This document shows, in pieces, positions 36,069 to 44,792 of a DNA stretch of 64,000 nt. Within the stretch, counting starts at the first letter, position 1, and every line of letters begins with the position of its first letter. Source of the stretch: a virus; IMG/VR virus record IMGVR_UViG_3300045988_112906; one strand, given 5' to 3'. A program made the position numbers and the translations under genes. The notes beneath the pieces are model-generated. The model saw only the letters and a program-made list of their open reading frames with translations. It was not told where the DNA came from and ran no database searches.

Positions 36069-36085
36069 CGCCCCCACTCTTTTAT
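36051..36085. terminator. Bidirectional hairpin terminator between zorE-like and the fibre operon
   Basis: AGTGGGG-N14-CCCCACT followed by cttttatt. Confidence 0.55.
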
Positions 36086-36120
36086 TATAAAGTCAGCGAC
36101 TTAGAGTTCTTTTTTCTCAA

Positions 36121-37107
36121 TTACTTATATTTATTCATTTCAATATTATTGACAATGATATTAGTCAATCCTTTTTTGTAAAGTGTGCGGATGGCAGCTT
36201 GAGCATCAGTAGATGGAATGTAACCATTAGGGCATCTCACAACAATCTTCTTAACTTTATTGTCATGTTGAGAACTTAAAGAATCTGCATCCAGTGTACA
36301 AGTAGATTGGTCAATAAACATATTATCCACATCAGAATGTGAAGCAAATCCTAACTGGTCTAATGTGGTATCTATAGCAAGAAGATACGCATTGGTTCTT
36401 TTCCCCTTTGTCCAAGTTAGTTTTGGATAAGGAACTGTTACATAACGAACAGAGGATGGGACATCTGCTAGGTCACCTGATATTCCACTATTGCGAATAG
36501 TAAATGCCCAGTCTTTATTCTCTGTCAAATTTAACTTTGCTACATCTGCTATTTTTCCAGTAATATTCTTGCAAGATGCAATCTGCATAGTTGTGGTAGA
36601 ACTTGGAAGGTTGCTGATGTCAAGATATAAGTCTGGACATGAACCTATAATCAAATCTGTTACCTGCGAATGTTTTACCAAATCGTTAATATCTCCTTTG
36701 AAGTTAGACGAAATTCTTAATTTCTTTAGCCCTGTAAGCCATGTCAATTTTGACAAATCCATCTTGTCTTTATCTGAGAAAAGGCAAGAACCGTCATTTT
36801 TAATATTTAAAACAGTCACTGATTCCTTTGGAATTATGCTTAGCGTAAATTTCTTATCAGACAGAATATTCTTAGTTTTTTCAGTCTTTACATCCAAGGT
36901 TGTACTTCCATCAATGAAAGTTACTCCATCTGTACTAATTATTTTTATAGTCGCATTGCTGTTTGTGTCAACAATCCCCCATTCACTACCACAAACTCTA
37001 AACTGCTCATCGCTTTTTCCATAGCAATGGAGCTTTATTTCATTGAACTTTAAAAGTTTGTCGTTGCCAACTAAATGTGTCAACGTTTTTTTAAGACATT
37101 TATTCAT
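36121..37107 (-). CDS. Putative receptor-binding / LRR-like protein (328 aa)
   Basis: Last gene of the fibre operon. Irregular Leu-rich repeats (LTWLTGLKKLRISSNFKGDINDL...). Very AT-rich. Confidence 0.6.
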   Translation of the reverse strand: MNKCLKKTLTHLVGNDKLLKFNEIKLHCYGKSDEQFRVCGSEWGIVDTNSNATIKIISTDGVTFIDGSTTLDVKTEKTKNILSDKKFTLSIIPKESVTVLNIKNDGSCLFSDKDKMDLSKLTWLTGLKKLRISSNFKGDINDLVKHSQVTDLIIGSCPDLYLDISNLPSSTTTMQIASCKNITGKIADVAKLNLTENKDWAFTIRNSGISGDLADVPSSVRYVTVPYPKLTWTKGKRTNAYLLAIDTTLDQLGFASHSDVDNMFIDQSTCTLDADSLSSQHDNKVKKIVVRCPNGYIPSTDAQAAIRTLYKKGLTNIIVNNIEMNKYK

Positions 37108-37109
37108 AA

Positions 37110-39302
37110 TTATTTGATTTTTATTAATTCAAAATTTCTATGTTTACCTTCTGTTGACCATTGATTTCCAAGTCGATTGAGAATCAAGGAGTCTTTTCTA
37201 AATGTCACAACTGTTAGAGCATCAAATGCTAACGAGTTAACATCATCCACATTAGGAATGTCTGCTGCATGTCTTTGTTGCTTGTTGTTTGATGCACACA
37301 CAGGATTGATGGAATATTGTTTGCCATACGAGTTGTGCTTAAAGACCAAATCACGATGGCTATGCCCACCTATATATGCAATGAAATTTGCTTTCACATT
37401 TGTAAAGTCATAGTCTAATGAGTAAGCGTATTTGTCCGAATCTCCATTGACATTAAGATAGGAAGCATCCGCAGTATGCCATCCAGAATGGCACATCTTT
37501 ACCTTAATATTTCCTGTTGTCTTATTGTTAAAACCATTAATCAGCTCAGAAAACAAGTCTGTTTCCATTGCATACATGCCATCGTCTTTAGCATTTAAAT
37601 CCGAGCTTACGGCAAACTTATAATCCTTCACATTTGAGCTGTTTATCATCGCAGGATTGTGAGTTGCAACAACAATCCCATAACCTTCCGGAGTAGAGTT
37701 TAAGGTATCAATAAACCATCTAGCTTGTTCCGCCATGATAACCCTTGTTGCTCTTCCGCATTTATAATATGGAAGTGTATGAAGCGTATAATCAGGGTTC
37801 TGAGTATTATCAATAGTCACGACATTTTTTTTGCAGACAAAAGAATGATCTTTATATCCACCGCAGTTAATCTTATCGCCAACTGAATATGATGCTCCAG
37901 GTTTTACCATAGCAGCAGTAGAATCGTATTCTACTACATTCCAATAATCATTGTCTGCAACATCTAGAGGATTATCATACTCATACGGAACTATAAGCCT
38001 GATTTTTCTTTCTTTGAAGTCGTGATAATAATAATTTTTTCCATAAGTATATTCACCTTCTTTAAGGATGCCCGATTCTATCATTGGTAGTATGAAATCC
38101 ATAAAGATTTCATCATGAGTTGCAGCTGTATTTAAATATAAGGTGTTACCAACATCATGATTTCCGACAACAATAAACCACGGTTTTACACAAGATGACA
38201 TAACCTTAATTGTAGATTGTACTTCACTACGGTCATAGATATAATTACAAATATCTCCACAATGAATAATCGCATCTATGGAAGCGAAATTACTTGTTAG
38301 CTTAACTGCATTTTCTACTGGTGTAGTTTCTCCATGTGAATCTGTCACTATACATAATTGTAAATCTTTCCCCTGTGCTTCCAAAGTGTTATATCTGCAA
38401 GCACTAAACAAGGCATCAGTATTTTGTTTGTTTCGTAAAACGACATTGCTTCCCGTGATTATTTCTTTTTGCAACTTTTCAATTTTCTCACTGAGATACG
38501 ATGATAGTTTATCTATCGTCTCAGACTTCATATTGTGAGCATAGTGACTTCCGTCTTCATACGTGCCGGCAAGAACCTTGCCATCTGCATCCGTCTCCAC
38601 CTCTATAAACTCGGGGTTGTCAATTACCGAATGGGCTGCTGCAACTTCGGAATCAATCAGGGATTTGCCTTCCTCCTTGTCAACCTTAGTATCGTTCAGT
38701 TCATCAATCGTCTCAGACTTCATATTGTGAGCATAGTGACTTCCGTCCGCATACGTACAAGCAAGCACATTATCGTCCGCATCGGTCTCAATATTCATGA
38801 ACTCTGGGGTGTTGACATAAGAAAATGGATTTTTAATAATATTATTTTCCGTGTCTCTAATTTCTGTATTGTCTGCCAAGTTGCTGAGTTTATCACTCAC
38901 CGCCTTCTGACTCATTACCTTATCTTCTGCTTCACCAGACTCCTGCAAGATTGATGTCTTGTCAATTTTAGCCCCTTGCAGTTCATCGACTGCACCTTGG
39001 ATATTTGCCGAGGTAAGTTGGGAAGTGGTGTTGTCGTAAGTAACAGCACTTGCAACACTGGCACCACCAGTGGCGGCGATATTCTTCAAAGTCTCTGTAA
39101 TCTGATCATCACGAGTGTTGAGCTTTTTCATATTATCATCCAGCGAGGCGTTCTTTGCGTCTTGGGCAGATTTGTTGGCGGTAATCTGCTGCTGCTTGTC
39201 ATTAATCTGACCCTGCAAGGCGTCTGATACGGACTTTGTGTAGGATTTGATTTTACCCCAAAAGTGCATGAGACCAGAATCGTTTAAATATTTCTTTTCC
39301 AT
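37110..39302 (-). CDS. Tail fibre protein fused to a calcineurin-like metallophosphoesterase domain (730 aa)
   Basis: The N-terminal YLNDSGLMHFWGKIKSY is shared with the neighbouring fibre gene. MPE motifs are present in order: DSHG, GD, GNHD, ATHN, GGHSH (about 37325..38390). Confidence 0.8.
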   Translation of the reverse strand: MEKKYLNDSGLMHFWGKIKSYTKSVSDALQGQINDKQQQITANKSAQDAKNASLDDNMKKLNTRDDQITETLKNIAATGGASVASAVTYDNTTSQLTSANIQGAVDELQGAKIDKTSILQESGEAEDKVMSQKAVSDKLSNLADNTEIRDTENNIIKNPFSYVNTPEFMNIETDADDNVLACTYADGSHYAHNMKSETIDELNDTKVDKEEGKSLIDSEVAAAHSVIDNPEFIEVETDADGKVLAGTYEDGSHYAHNMKSETIDKLSSYLSEKIEKLQKEIITGSNVVLRNKQNTDALFSACRYNTLEAQGKDLQLCIVTDSHGETTPVENAVKLTSNFASIDAIIHCGDICNYIYDRSEVQSTIKVMSSCVKPWFIVVGNHDVGNTLYLNTAATHDEIFMDFILPMIESGILKEGEYTYGKNYYYHDFKERKIRLIVPYEYDNPLDVADNDYWNVVEYDSTAAMVKPGASYSVGDKINCGGYKDHSFVCKKNVVTIDNTQNPDYTLHTLPYYKCGRATRVIMAEQARWFIDTLNSTPEGYGIVVATHNPAMINSSNVKDYKFAVSSDLNAKDDGMYAMETDLFSELINGFNNKTTGNIKVKMCHSGWHTADASYLNVNGDSDKYAYSLDYDFTNVKANFIAYIGGHSHRDLVFKHNSYGKQYSINPVCASNNKQQRHAADIPNVDDVNSLAFDALTVVTFRKDSLILNRLGNQWSTEGKHRNFELIKIK
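38511..38810. repeat. Internal duplication in the fibre gene (two ~108-bp units, 38511..38618 and 38703..38810)
   Basis: The units encode NPEFIEVETDADGKVLAGTYEDGSHYAHNMKSETID and TPEFMNIETDADDNVLACTYADGSHYAHNMKSETID. The 39-nt string cgtctcagacttcatattgtgagcatagtgacttccgtc is identical in both. Confidence 0.85.
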
Positions 39303-39312
39303 ATTATGTTTA

Positions 39313-39837
39313 TTATGTTAAACCATTAATATATTCGTCTGAAATTGCAGTGAAGTCTAGGTTTGCCAGCTTCTGTTTTTCAGCCGTAGTATAATCGTTT
39401 TCCGAAAGCCCTTTACCTTCCACCTTATCTACCTTTTTCGAGAGAGCAGCATTTACTGTTTCAGTCTTAGCGTATGACGTAAGATCAACGTCCGACTTAT
39501 ATTCTCCGATTTTCTCCCATTTGGTTTCATCATAAGTTTTGCTTGTATCGCCAGTATAGAGATACTCGGCATAGATATTTTTGGATGAAGTGGAAGAAGC
39601 TTTAATGAGGTAGATTCTGTTTGAAAGGATATTGCTTGTAGGCAAATACTCAACAACCTTGAACAACGACATATCAAGATTGCCAAGCTGTGTCAGCGGT
39701 ATTTTTCCATTCGCATCGAGTGAAGCTAATCCGTTGGCTTTTCCTTTTTCTGAACTTGGTATAAAGTTTTTTTCGTTGATATACGATTTTACTTTGTTCC
39801 AAAGTGTAGATAGTCCGAGTTTATCAAGATATTCCAT
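39313..39837 (-). CDS. Tail fibre protein (174 aa)
   Basis: The N-terminal MEYLDKLGLSTLWNKVKSY parallels the start of the 730-aa fibre. ATG at 39837; the track start is TTG. Confidence 0.65.
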   Translation of the reverse strand: MEYLDKLGLSTLWNKVKSYINEKNFIPSSEKGKANGLASLDANGKIPLTQLGNLDMSLFKVVEYLPTSNILSNRIYLIKASSTSSKNIYAEYLYTGDTSKTYDETKWEKIGEYKSDVDLTSYAKTETVNAALSKKVDKVEGKGLSENDYTTAEKQKLANLDFTAISDEYINGLT

Positions 39838-39844
39838 ACGCAAA

Positions 39845-40708
39845 CTATATTAATACTTCTTTTACCTCATTTGGTTTCATATTAGACTGCTTGATGTTGT
39901 CAATCTCGTCTTCTACATTTCTGACTCTTGACTCTAAGGAAGCAGACGGCTGAACTGGCACAGGAACATACGTTCCGTCAATAACCTTATCTATATCTGC
40001 ATCAGAAATAGAAACAAACTCATTTACCTGATTTTGAATATTCTGAATAGATTTATCAATGTTCTGAATCTTCTCTACAAGATCTTCCGGCAAGCCAATA
40101 GCTGCAAGGAGAAGCTTCCTTAATTCCTCGGCGAGCTTGTCTAGTGTAACGGAACATTCTGCAAGCTTATCTCTTGTAACACCTTCTGTAGCTATCTTGT
40201 CCGTTGTTACCGCATCGTTTGCGATGATGTCAGACGTTACGCTGCTGTCTCGAAGTACTCTTGTATCAACAGAAGAATCTCCCAACTTTCCATTGGTTAC
40301 ATTCTTATCGGCAATCTTCTCAGCGGTAACACTGCCATCCTTGATTTTCCGTGTTATGACAGCATCATCTTGAAGCTTATCATAGCTTACGGATGAAAAA
40401 TCTAACTTTCCGTTAGTTACAGACCGATCATCAAGCTTTTCTTCTGTTACAGATCCATTATCAAGCTTAGATGTAGAAACAGCACCTTCAGCTAACTTCT
40501 CGGTCGTGATATTCTCATCCGCTATCTTCGAAGCCTTGATTGCTCCGTCAGGTAGCTTATCCGTAGAAACTGCACCATCAGCGAGCTTCTCGGTCGTAAC
40601 ATTGCCGTCACGAATCTTTTCTTTCGTGATGGCTTGGTCGTTGATGTCGTCTGTTTTCATCATCGGCACCATGCAACCTAATTTTGGATCATCTCTAAAT
40701 GTAGGCAT
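39845..40708 (-). CDS. Fibre/collar protein with 17 tandem decapeptide repeats (287 aa)
   Basis: The repeat D-G-[AS]-V-[TS]-x-x-K-[LI]-x occurs 17 times (aa 24-193), followed by a coiled coil. Confidence 0.7.
   Translation of the reverse strand: MPTFRDDPKLGCMVPMMKTDDINDQAITKEKIRDGNVTTEKLADGAVSTDKLPDGAIKASKIADENITTEKLAEGAVSTSKLDNGSVTEEKLDDRSVTNGKLDFSSVSYDKLQDDAVITRKIKDGSVTAEKIADKNVTNGKLGDSSVDTRVLRDSSVTSDIIANDAVTTDKIATEGVTRDKLAECSVTLDKLAEELRKLLLAAIGLPEDLVEKIQNIDKSIQNIQNQVNEFVSISDADIDKVIDGTYVPVPVQPSASLESRVRNVEDEIDNIKQSNMKPNEVKEVLI
40130..40639. repeat. 30-bp coding repeat array (17 imperfect units)
   Basis: Encodes the decapeptide repeats of 39845..40708. Confidence 0.75.
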
Positions 40709-40973
40709 ATTTGATTTCTTTTGGTTCTGATGAAGTGAATATCTGAATCTTTATGGTTTCTGGAATCACCCGAAGACGAAGTTTGAACTCACTGGTGTTC
40801 TTGTGGGCACGGATGGGAACTCTCGGTTTCTTGCCATCGCCCCTATCCTGTCTGATTACCAGTTTTCCTGGGCGCTTTAGCTTAATCATCAGGTAGATGT
40901 CACGCTGCAAGGTTATCTCTGGGGAGACCCATGCCAGTTCTTCTTCGCTATAATTCGTAGATACATACTCCAT
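40695..40973 (-). CDS. Hypothetical virion-module protein (92 aa)
   Basis: ORF track; lies in the late operon. Confidence 0.5.
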   Translation of the reverse strand: MEYVSTNYSEEELAWVSPEITLQRDIYLMIKLKRPGKLVIRQDRGDGKKPRVPIRAHKNTSEFKLRLRVIPETIKIQIFTSSEPKEIKYAYI

Positions 40974-40980
40974 GATTTCA

Positions 40981-41637
40981 TTATTTTGATGTTTGACTAA
41001 CGCCTAGCTGCTGCAAGGCTATCGTGTACATTTGCGTAGCCTTGGTATCATCGTAGGCTGAAAGCAATAAGAAGGCGAGATAGTAGATGAAGGCATTCTT
41101 CAAGCGGTCTGGGATAGCTACATCTGTAGAATCGGACGTGCTTACGTTCTTCGGAACACCCACATAGGAAATAACCGCTTCCGTAGGCTTGGGCTGCAAG
41201 AGGATTTTCAGAGGATTCTCACGCATGATAGCCGCTTGTGGTCGGTCGATGGTTCCCTTTGCCGTATCATCAAACATCATGACAGCCTCATCTTGGGTAT
41301 CTTCTATAGGCACTACTGCCTTGAACCAGCCATTGCCCCGAATGCGAGAGATATTGATCACCTCGGTATTGGCATCCATCGTAATGATACCGATGCTTTT
41401 CTGAGCATCGTAGTCCTGCACTTGGAGGGTGGCGGAAGAAGTACCTATCTTCTTGGAATCAATCAATGCAGCAGAGGATGATGCGGTAACGGCAATCCAA
41501 TGCAGGGCATCGTTGATTTTTGCCTTGATGATGTTGTCCATATACAAATCATCCTTCTCATCTGTGATTGATGAGAAGTTGTTGGATTCCTCGTCTATGC
41601 ACCAACGAACTGCCTTTATGATGTCTTCTACCTTCAT
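40981..41637 (-). CDS. Putative head-tail connector/adaptor (218 aa)
   Basis: Call rests on position after the MCP gene only. Confidence 0.5.
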   Translation of the reverse strand: MKVEDIIKAVRWCIDEESNNFSSITDEKDDLYMDNIIKAKINDALHWIAVTASSSAALIDSKKIGTSSATLQVQDYDAQKSIGIITMDANTEVINISRIRGNGWFKAVVPIEDTQDEAVMMFDDTAKGTIDRPQAAIMRENPLKILLQPKPTEAVISYVGVPKNVSTSDSTDVAIPDRLKNAFIYYLAFLLLSAYDDTKATQMYTIALQQLGVSQTSK

Positions 41638-41655
41638 TTCACCTTATTATATATG

Positions 41656-42102
41656 TTACTCCTTCATGTAGTTCGGGAAGTCATAGTTGTGCTTCTTCGC
41701 CCATTCCATAGCACTTGATGCGGTCTTGAACATTCTTGAACCCTCACGATTGTCTTCCTCGTTGACGAAAGCAAGGAGATCTGATGCCGTGACTACAGAA
41801 GTTACCTCAATGACAGAACCCTTGGTCTTGGCTAAAGAAGCTTCCTTTTCCTTCTCCTCATTCTCCCTCAGTCTGTCTTCGATGGTCTTCTCAGAGCGAA
41901 CGAGAGTAACAAGCCCCTTCTGGAACAATTCACTGTTTTCGAGCAGATTCTGAGCATACTCATTCTTCAAGATAAGCTCGGGTTTCTGCTTGGTGATTAC
42001 ATTACCTCGCTCGAAGTTATAGCGAACGGTTACGCCATTCTTACCCTGTAGGATATGACTTACCGTGTTTCTATTTGCGTTATATCTATAAGTCTTAATC
42101 AT
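41656..42102 (-). CDS. Hypothetical virion-module protein (148 aa)
   Basis: ORF track; immediately downstream of the MCP gene. Confidence 0.6.
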   Translation of the reverse strand: MIKTYRYNANRNTVSHILQGKNGVTVRYNFERGNVITKQKPELILKNEYAQNLLENSELFQKGLVTLVRSEKTIEDRLRENEEKEKEASLAKTKGSVIEVTSVVTASDLLAFVNEEDNREGSRMFKTASSAMEWAKKHNYDFPNYMKE

Positions 42103-42170
42103 ATTGCTAAAAGTTTAGTTTGAATAACAGGTGACCGGCATTAACCAGTCACTTGTTATTCTGTGCATTA

Positions 42171-43892
42171 CTAGGCAGCTACCAGCTGACCCGAGAAGAG
42201 TTCCCATTTACCACCCTTGTAGATGTAAACATTCTCCTTCTCGTACTTGGTTGTACCTTCGCCACCAGCATTGGTAACCTCGTAATCGGCAGTCAAAGCG
42301 ACGATCATACCCTCATGTGGAGTCTCAGGCAACCTGCTCATGGAGATAATGTTGTTGATAACGCCAGATGCGCCAAGAGCAGAAATCTTCGCCTCTGGAC
42401 CGACAAGAATACTGTTGTAGCCACGGAGTGCTATGCAGTCTGCCTCCCAGTGCATGTAGCGCTTAGCCAGACGTGGGTCGTAAGCATCCTTAGACAAGTC
42501 GTTGGTGCGCTCTTTGCTCTTCTCCTTGACGTAGTGACGAGCACCCTTGAAGTCAGCACCAATCATGCAGTCTTCCAAATCCATGTAGTCGAGTGTGCTG
42601 TCCCAAACGAAGTTGAGTGTACCATAGCTGCACTTGAACTGGTTGAAGGTGATATCGAACTCCTTGACGGTAGAGAACATAACATCACGACCCTTAGGAA
42701 GCTCAATCTTCATCAGGCGCTCGATAGCGTTCTTGCCGCAGAAGAGATACATTTCATCAGACTCAGCAAAGTCTGTAAACATCAGTTTGGCGATAGCGAT
42801 AAGGTCAGCGAATGTATAGGTGTCACCGATACCATAGGAGTTGGTCAACTGATTGATGATACCCTCGGCAGAGTAAGCGTACTCCTGGGCGCCATCCTTG
42901 GTTTCCATCAGGAATTTGAGCTTAGTACCATAGAGGTAGCTTCGCTCCTGACGGAGCAAGAACTTGGTGAGAGCATCTTCCTTCATGTCGGCAACAGTAT
43001 GAGGAGCCTTCCTCTTGATCTTCTCGAACTCCTCGGTGAAGATGATAGAGAATGCACGCTTCTGCAAGTAAACCTCCTCAGAACGAGGCTGGTAGTTCTC
43101 TGGCGGAACATTCATCTGGCTCTCAGAGAGGATGGTGGAAGCGCAGAGAATACGACTATTGGCAGGGATAGCAGGGCAACCCATCGTATCGAGCGTTTCG
43201 CCAATAGTGCCCTCTGTCTCAGCTGGACCATTGAGCGCCTGCAAAGTAACCTCGTCCTTTGTCTTCTCAACAACCAGGAGATTCAAGCGACCATTAACCT
43301 TGGTCTTTGAACCACGCTCGTAACCAGGCACAGAAGGAACGATCACGGTGCTACCCTTGTAGAGAGGAAGAAGCGAACCGGAGAAGTTTGCCTTGGTAAG
43401 CTTGATTGTGCCGCCAGCCGCAGCTGCCTCAATCGCCTTGGTAGTCATACCATCAAGAGTATCACCACCAACACGAGCGTGCTTCTTCTCGTAGCTGTTA
43501 CAAGGAACACTCTTGGTAACCTTGCGGATAATCTGCAACAAAGGAGTGCGGAAAGGGCGATACTTCTCTACCTCACTATCCCAATCCTCTTCGGCAAGAC
43601 CACCCTTGCGAATCTGGGTAGCAGAAGCCTGTGTGCCGGTTAAGTCCTGACCTTCGGCTTTGCCGCCTGGCGCCAATCGGTCTGATACGTTTGGATCAAC
43701 AGGCTCGGTTGCAGCATCAGCCTTAGATGAAGGCTCATGACCCTCGTCACCAATCTGTGTAGTCGGTTCAGCCGTATCTGCCATAGCAAGAACGCCGCCG
43801 CCAGTTACCACGGCAAGAAGCATCAGAATCATCTTGAAGACGAACTGAGCACTTGTGAAATTCTTAATACAATCTTTCTTCATTTTATACAT
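42171..43892 (-). CDS. Putative major capsid protein (573 aa)
   Basis: Follows an acidic scaffold-like gene. Core strings such as EDALTKFLLRQERSYLYGTK and DEMYLFCGKNAIERLMKI resemble conserved HK97-fold MCP segments (judged from memory). The stop is TAG immediately followed by TAA. Confidence 0.7.
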   Translation of the reverse strand: MYKMKKDCIKNFTSAQFVFKMILMLLAVVTGGGVLAMADTAEPTTQIGDEGHEPSSKADAATEPVDPNVSDRLAPGGKAEGQDLTGTQASATQIRKGGLAEEDWDSEVEKYRPFRTPLLQIIRKVTKSVPCNSYEKKHARVGGDTLDGMTTKAIEAAAAGGTIKLTKANFSGSLLPLYKGSTVIVPSVPGYERGSKTKVNGRLNLLVVEKTKDEVTLQALNGPAETEGTIGETLDTMGCPAIPANSRILCASTILSESQMNVPPENYQPRSEEVYLQKRAFSIIFTEEFEKIKRKAPHTVADMKEDALTKFLLRQERSYLYGTKLKFLMETKDGAQEYAYSAEGIINQLTNSYGIGDTYTFADLIAIAKLMFTDFAESDEMYLFCGKNAIERLMKIELPKGRDVMFSTVKEFDITFNQFKCSYGTLNFVWDSTLDYMDLEDCMIGADFKGARHYVKEKSKERTNDLSKDAYDPRLAKRYMHWEADCIALRGYNSILVGPEAKISALGASGVINNIISMSRLPETPHEGMIVALTADYEVTNAGGEGTTKYEKENVYIYKGGKWELFSGQLVAA

Positions 43893-43903
43893 ATATTTAT
43901 GGA

Positions 43904-44707
43904 TTAATTATTGTAAGTGATACCTTCGAAGAAACCGCTCTTTGGAGCCTTCTTCTGCTTTACAGGCTTGTTGCCAGCGCCCGAAGTAGATAATGCAGGA
44001 GGAATACCCTCGTTTGCGGAAGAGCGGACCTTATTCTGAATCTTCTCGTTTCTAGCCTGCATAGCCGCCTCGTCTCGGGCAGAGGAAATATCAGAATCGT
44101 AGTTGTTGGCATTGTGAAGCATCTTCCAAACGTCATCTGGGATGTCACCGCTCTCCACCTTGTCGTGAATCTCGTAAATCTGCTTCCACATATCCTGAGC
44201 ATCATCTGGGTAAAGCTTAACCAAGCGTTCGATAGACTTGCGCATATTTTCCGTAACCCTTTCGGTTGCTTCATTCTGCTCGGCAACTTCCTCATTGTGC
44301 TTTGCAAGAATCTCGGCGAGCTTCTTGCCGCCCTCTGGATCTTCGAGCAGAGCCTTGATGTCGATACCAAAGCGAGCCATCGCATCAAAAGGATTATCCT
44401 CTGGATTCTTCTCCATGTCCAATACCCATGCAGCGAGCCACTTATGCTTATCGAACACCTTAGACAACGCCTTTCCGCTCTCCTCGTATCGTCCGAGCGT
44501 ATCAGCATCATCGTTCATAGCCGCATAACGAGCTTCCTTGTCCTCGAAATCAATGTCGGTATGACGCTTCTTGAATCGGTCGGAGAAAGCCTTACGGTTA
44601 GGGCGCTCCTCTACCGGGGGAGTCTCTTCCGCAGCCTGTTCGGGTGAAGGAACCTGCTGTTCAGATTCTCCACCTGCATTCATCTGTTCTAATTCTTCCT
44701 TTGTCAT
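43904..44707 (-). CDS. Putative scaffolding protein (267 aa, acidic, helical)
   Basis: Composition, and position directly upstream of the MCP gene. Confidence 0.55.
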   Translation of the reverse strand: MTKEELEQMNAGGESEQQVPSPEQAAEETPPVEERPNRKAFSDRFKKRHTDIDFEDKEARYAAMNDDADTLGRYEESGKALSKVFDKHKWLAAWVLDMEKNPEDNPFDAMARFGIDIKALLEDPEGGKKLAEILAKHNEEVAEQNEATERVTENMRKSIERLVKLYPDDAQDMWKQIYEIHDKVESGDIPDDVWKMLHNANNYDSDISSARDEAAMQARNEKIQNKVRSSANEGIPPALSTSGAGNKPVKQKKAPKSGFFEGITYNN

Positions 44708-44733
44708 ATTTTAAACTGTTTGAAACGTTGCCG

Positions 44734-44774
44734 CAAAGATGCAAAGAAAATGCAATTATATTTCCGTGTTTCCG
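44734..44774 (-). promoter_or_regulatory. Late promoter L4: CGGAAACACGG-N22-CATCTTTG (scaffold/MCP/fibre operon)
   Basis: The minus-strand copy of the element forms a perfect 13-bp inverted repeat with L2 (44764..44776 / 44791..44803). Spacing is identical. The -7 box has one mismatch. Confidence 0.6.
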
Positions 44775-44792
44775 TGACAATAGGCAAACGCA

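Noticed and set aside
39845-40708. Diversity-generating retroelement targeting the fibre repeats (also considered for 59828..60679)
   Set aside because: The window contains no reverse transcriptase gene and no template/variable repeat pair with adenine-specific differences.
42153-43310. 385-aa plus-strand ORF antisense to the capsid gene
   Set aside because: It lies entirely within the minus-strand MCP gene, which has recognisable capsid-like segments and operon context. The antisense product is Leu/Val/Ser-rich with no motif and no promoter.
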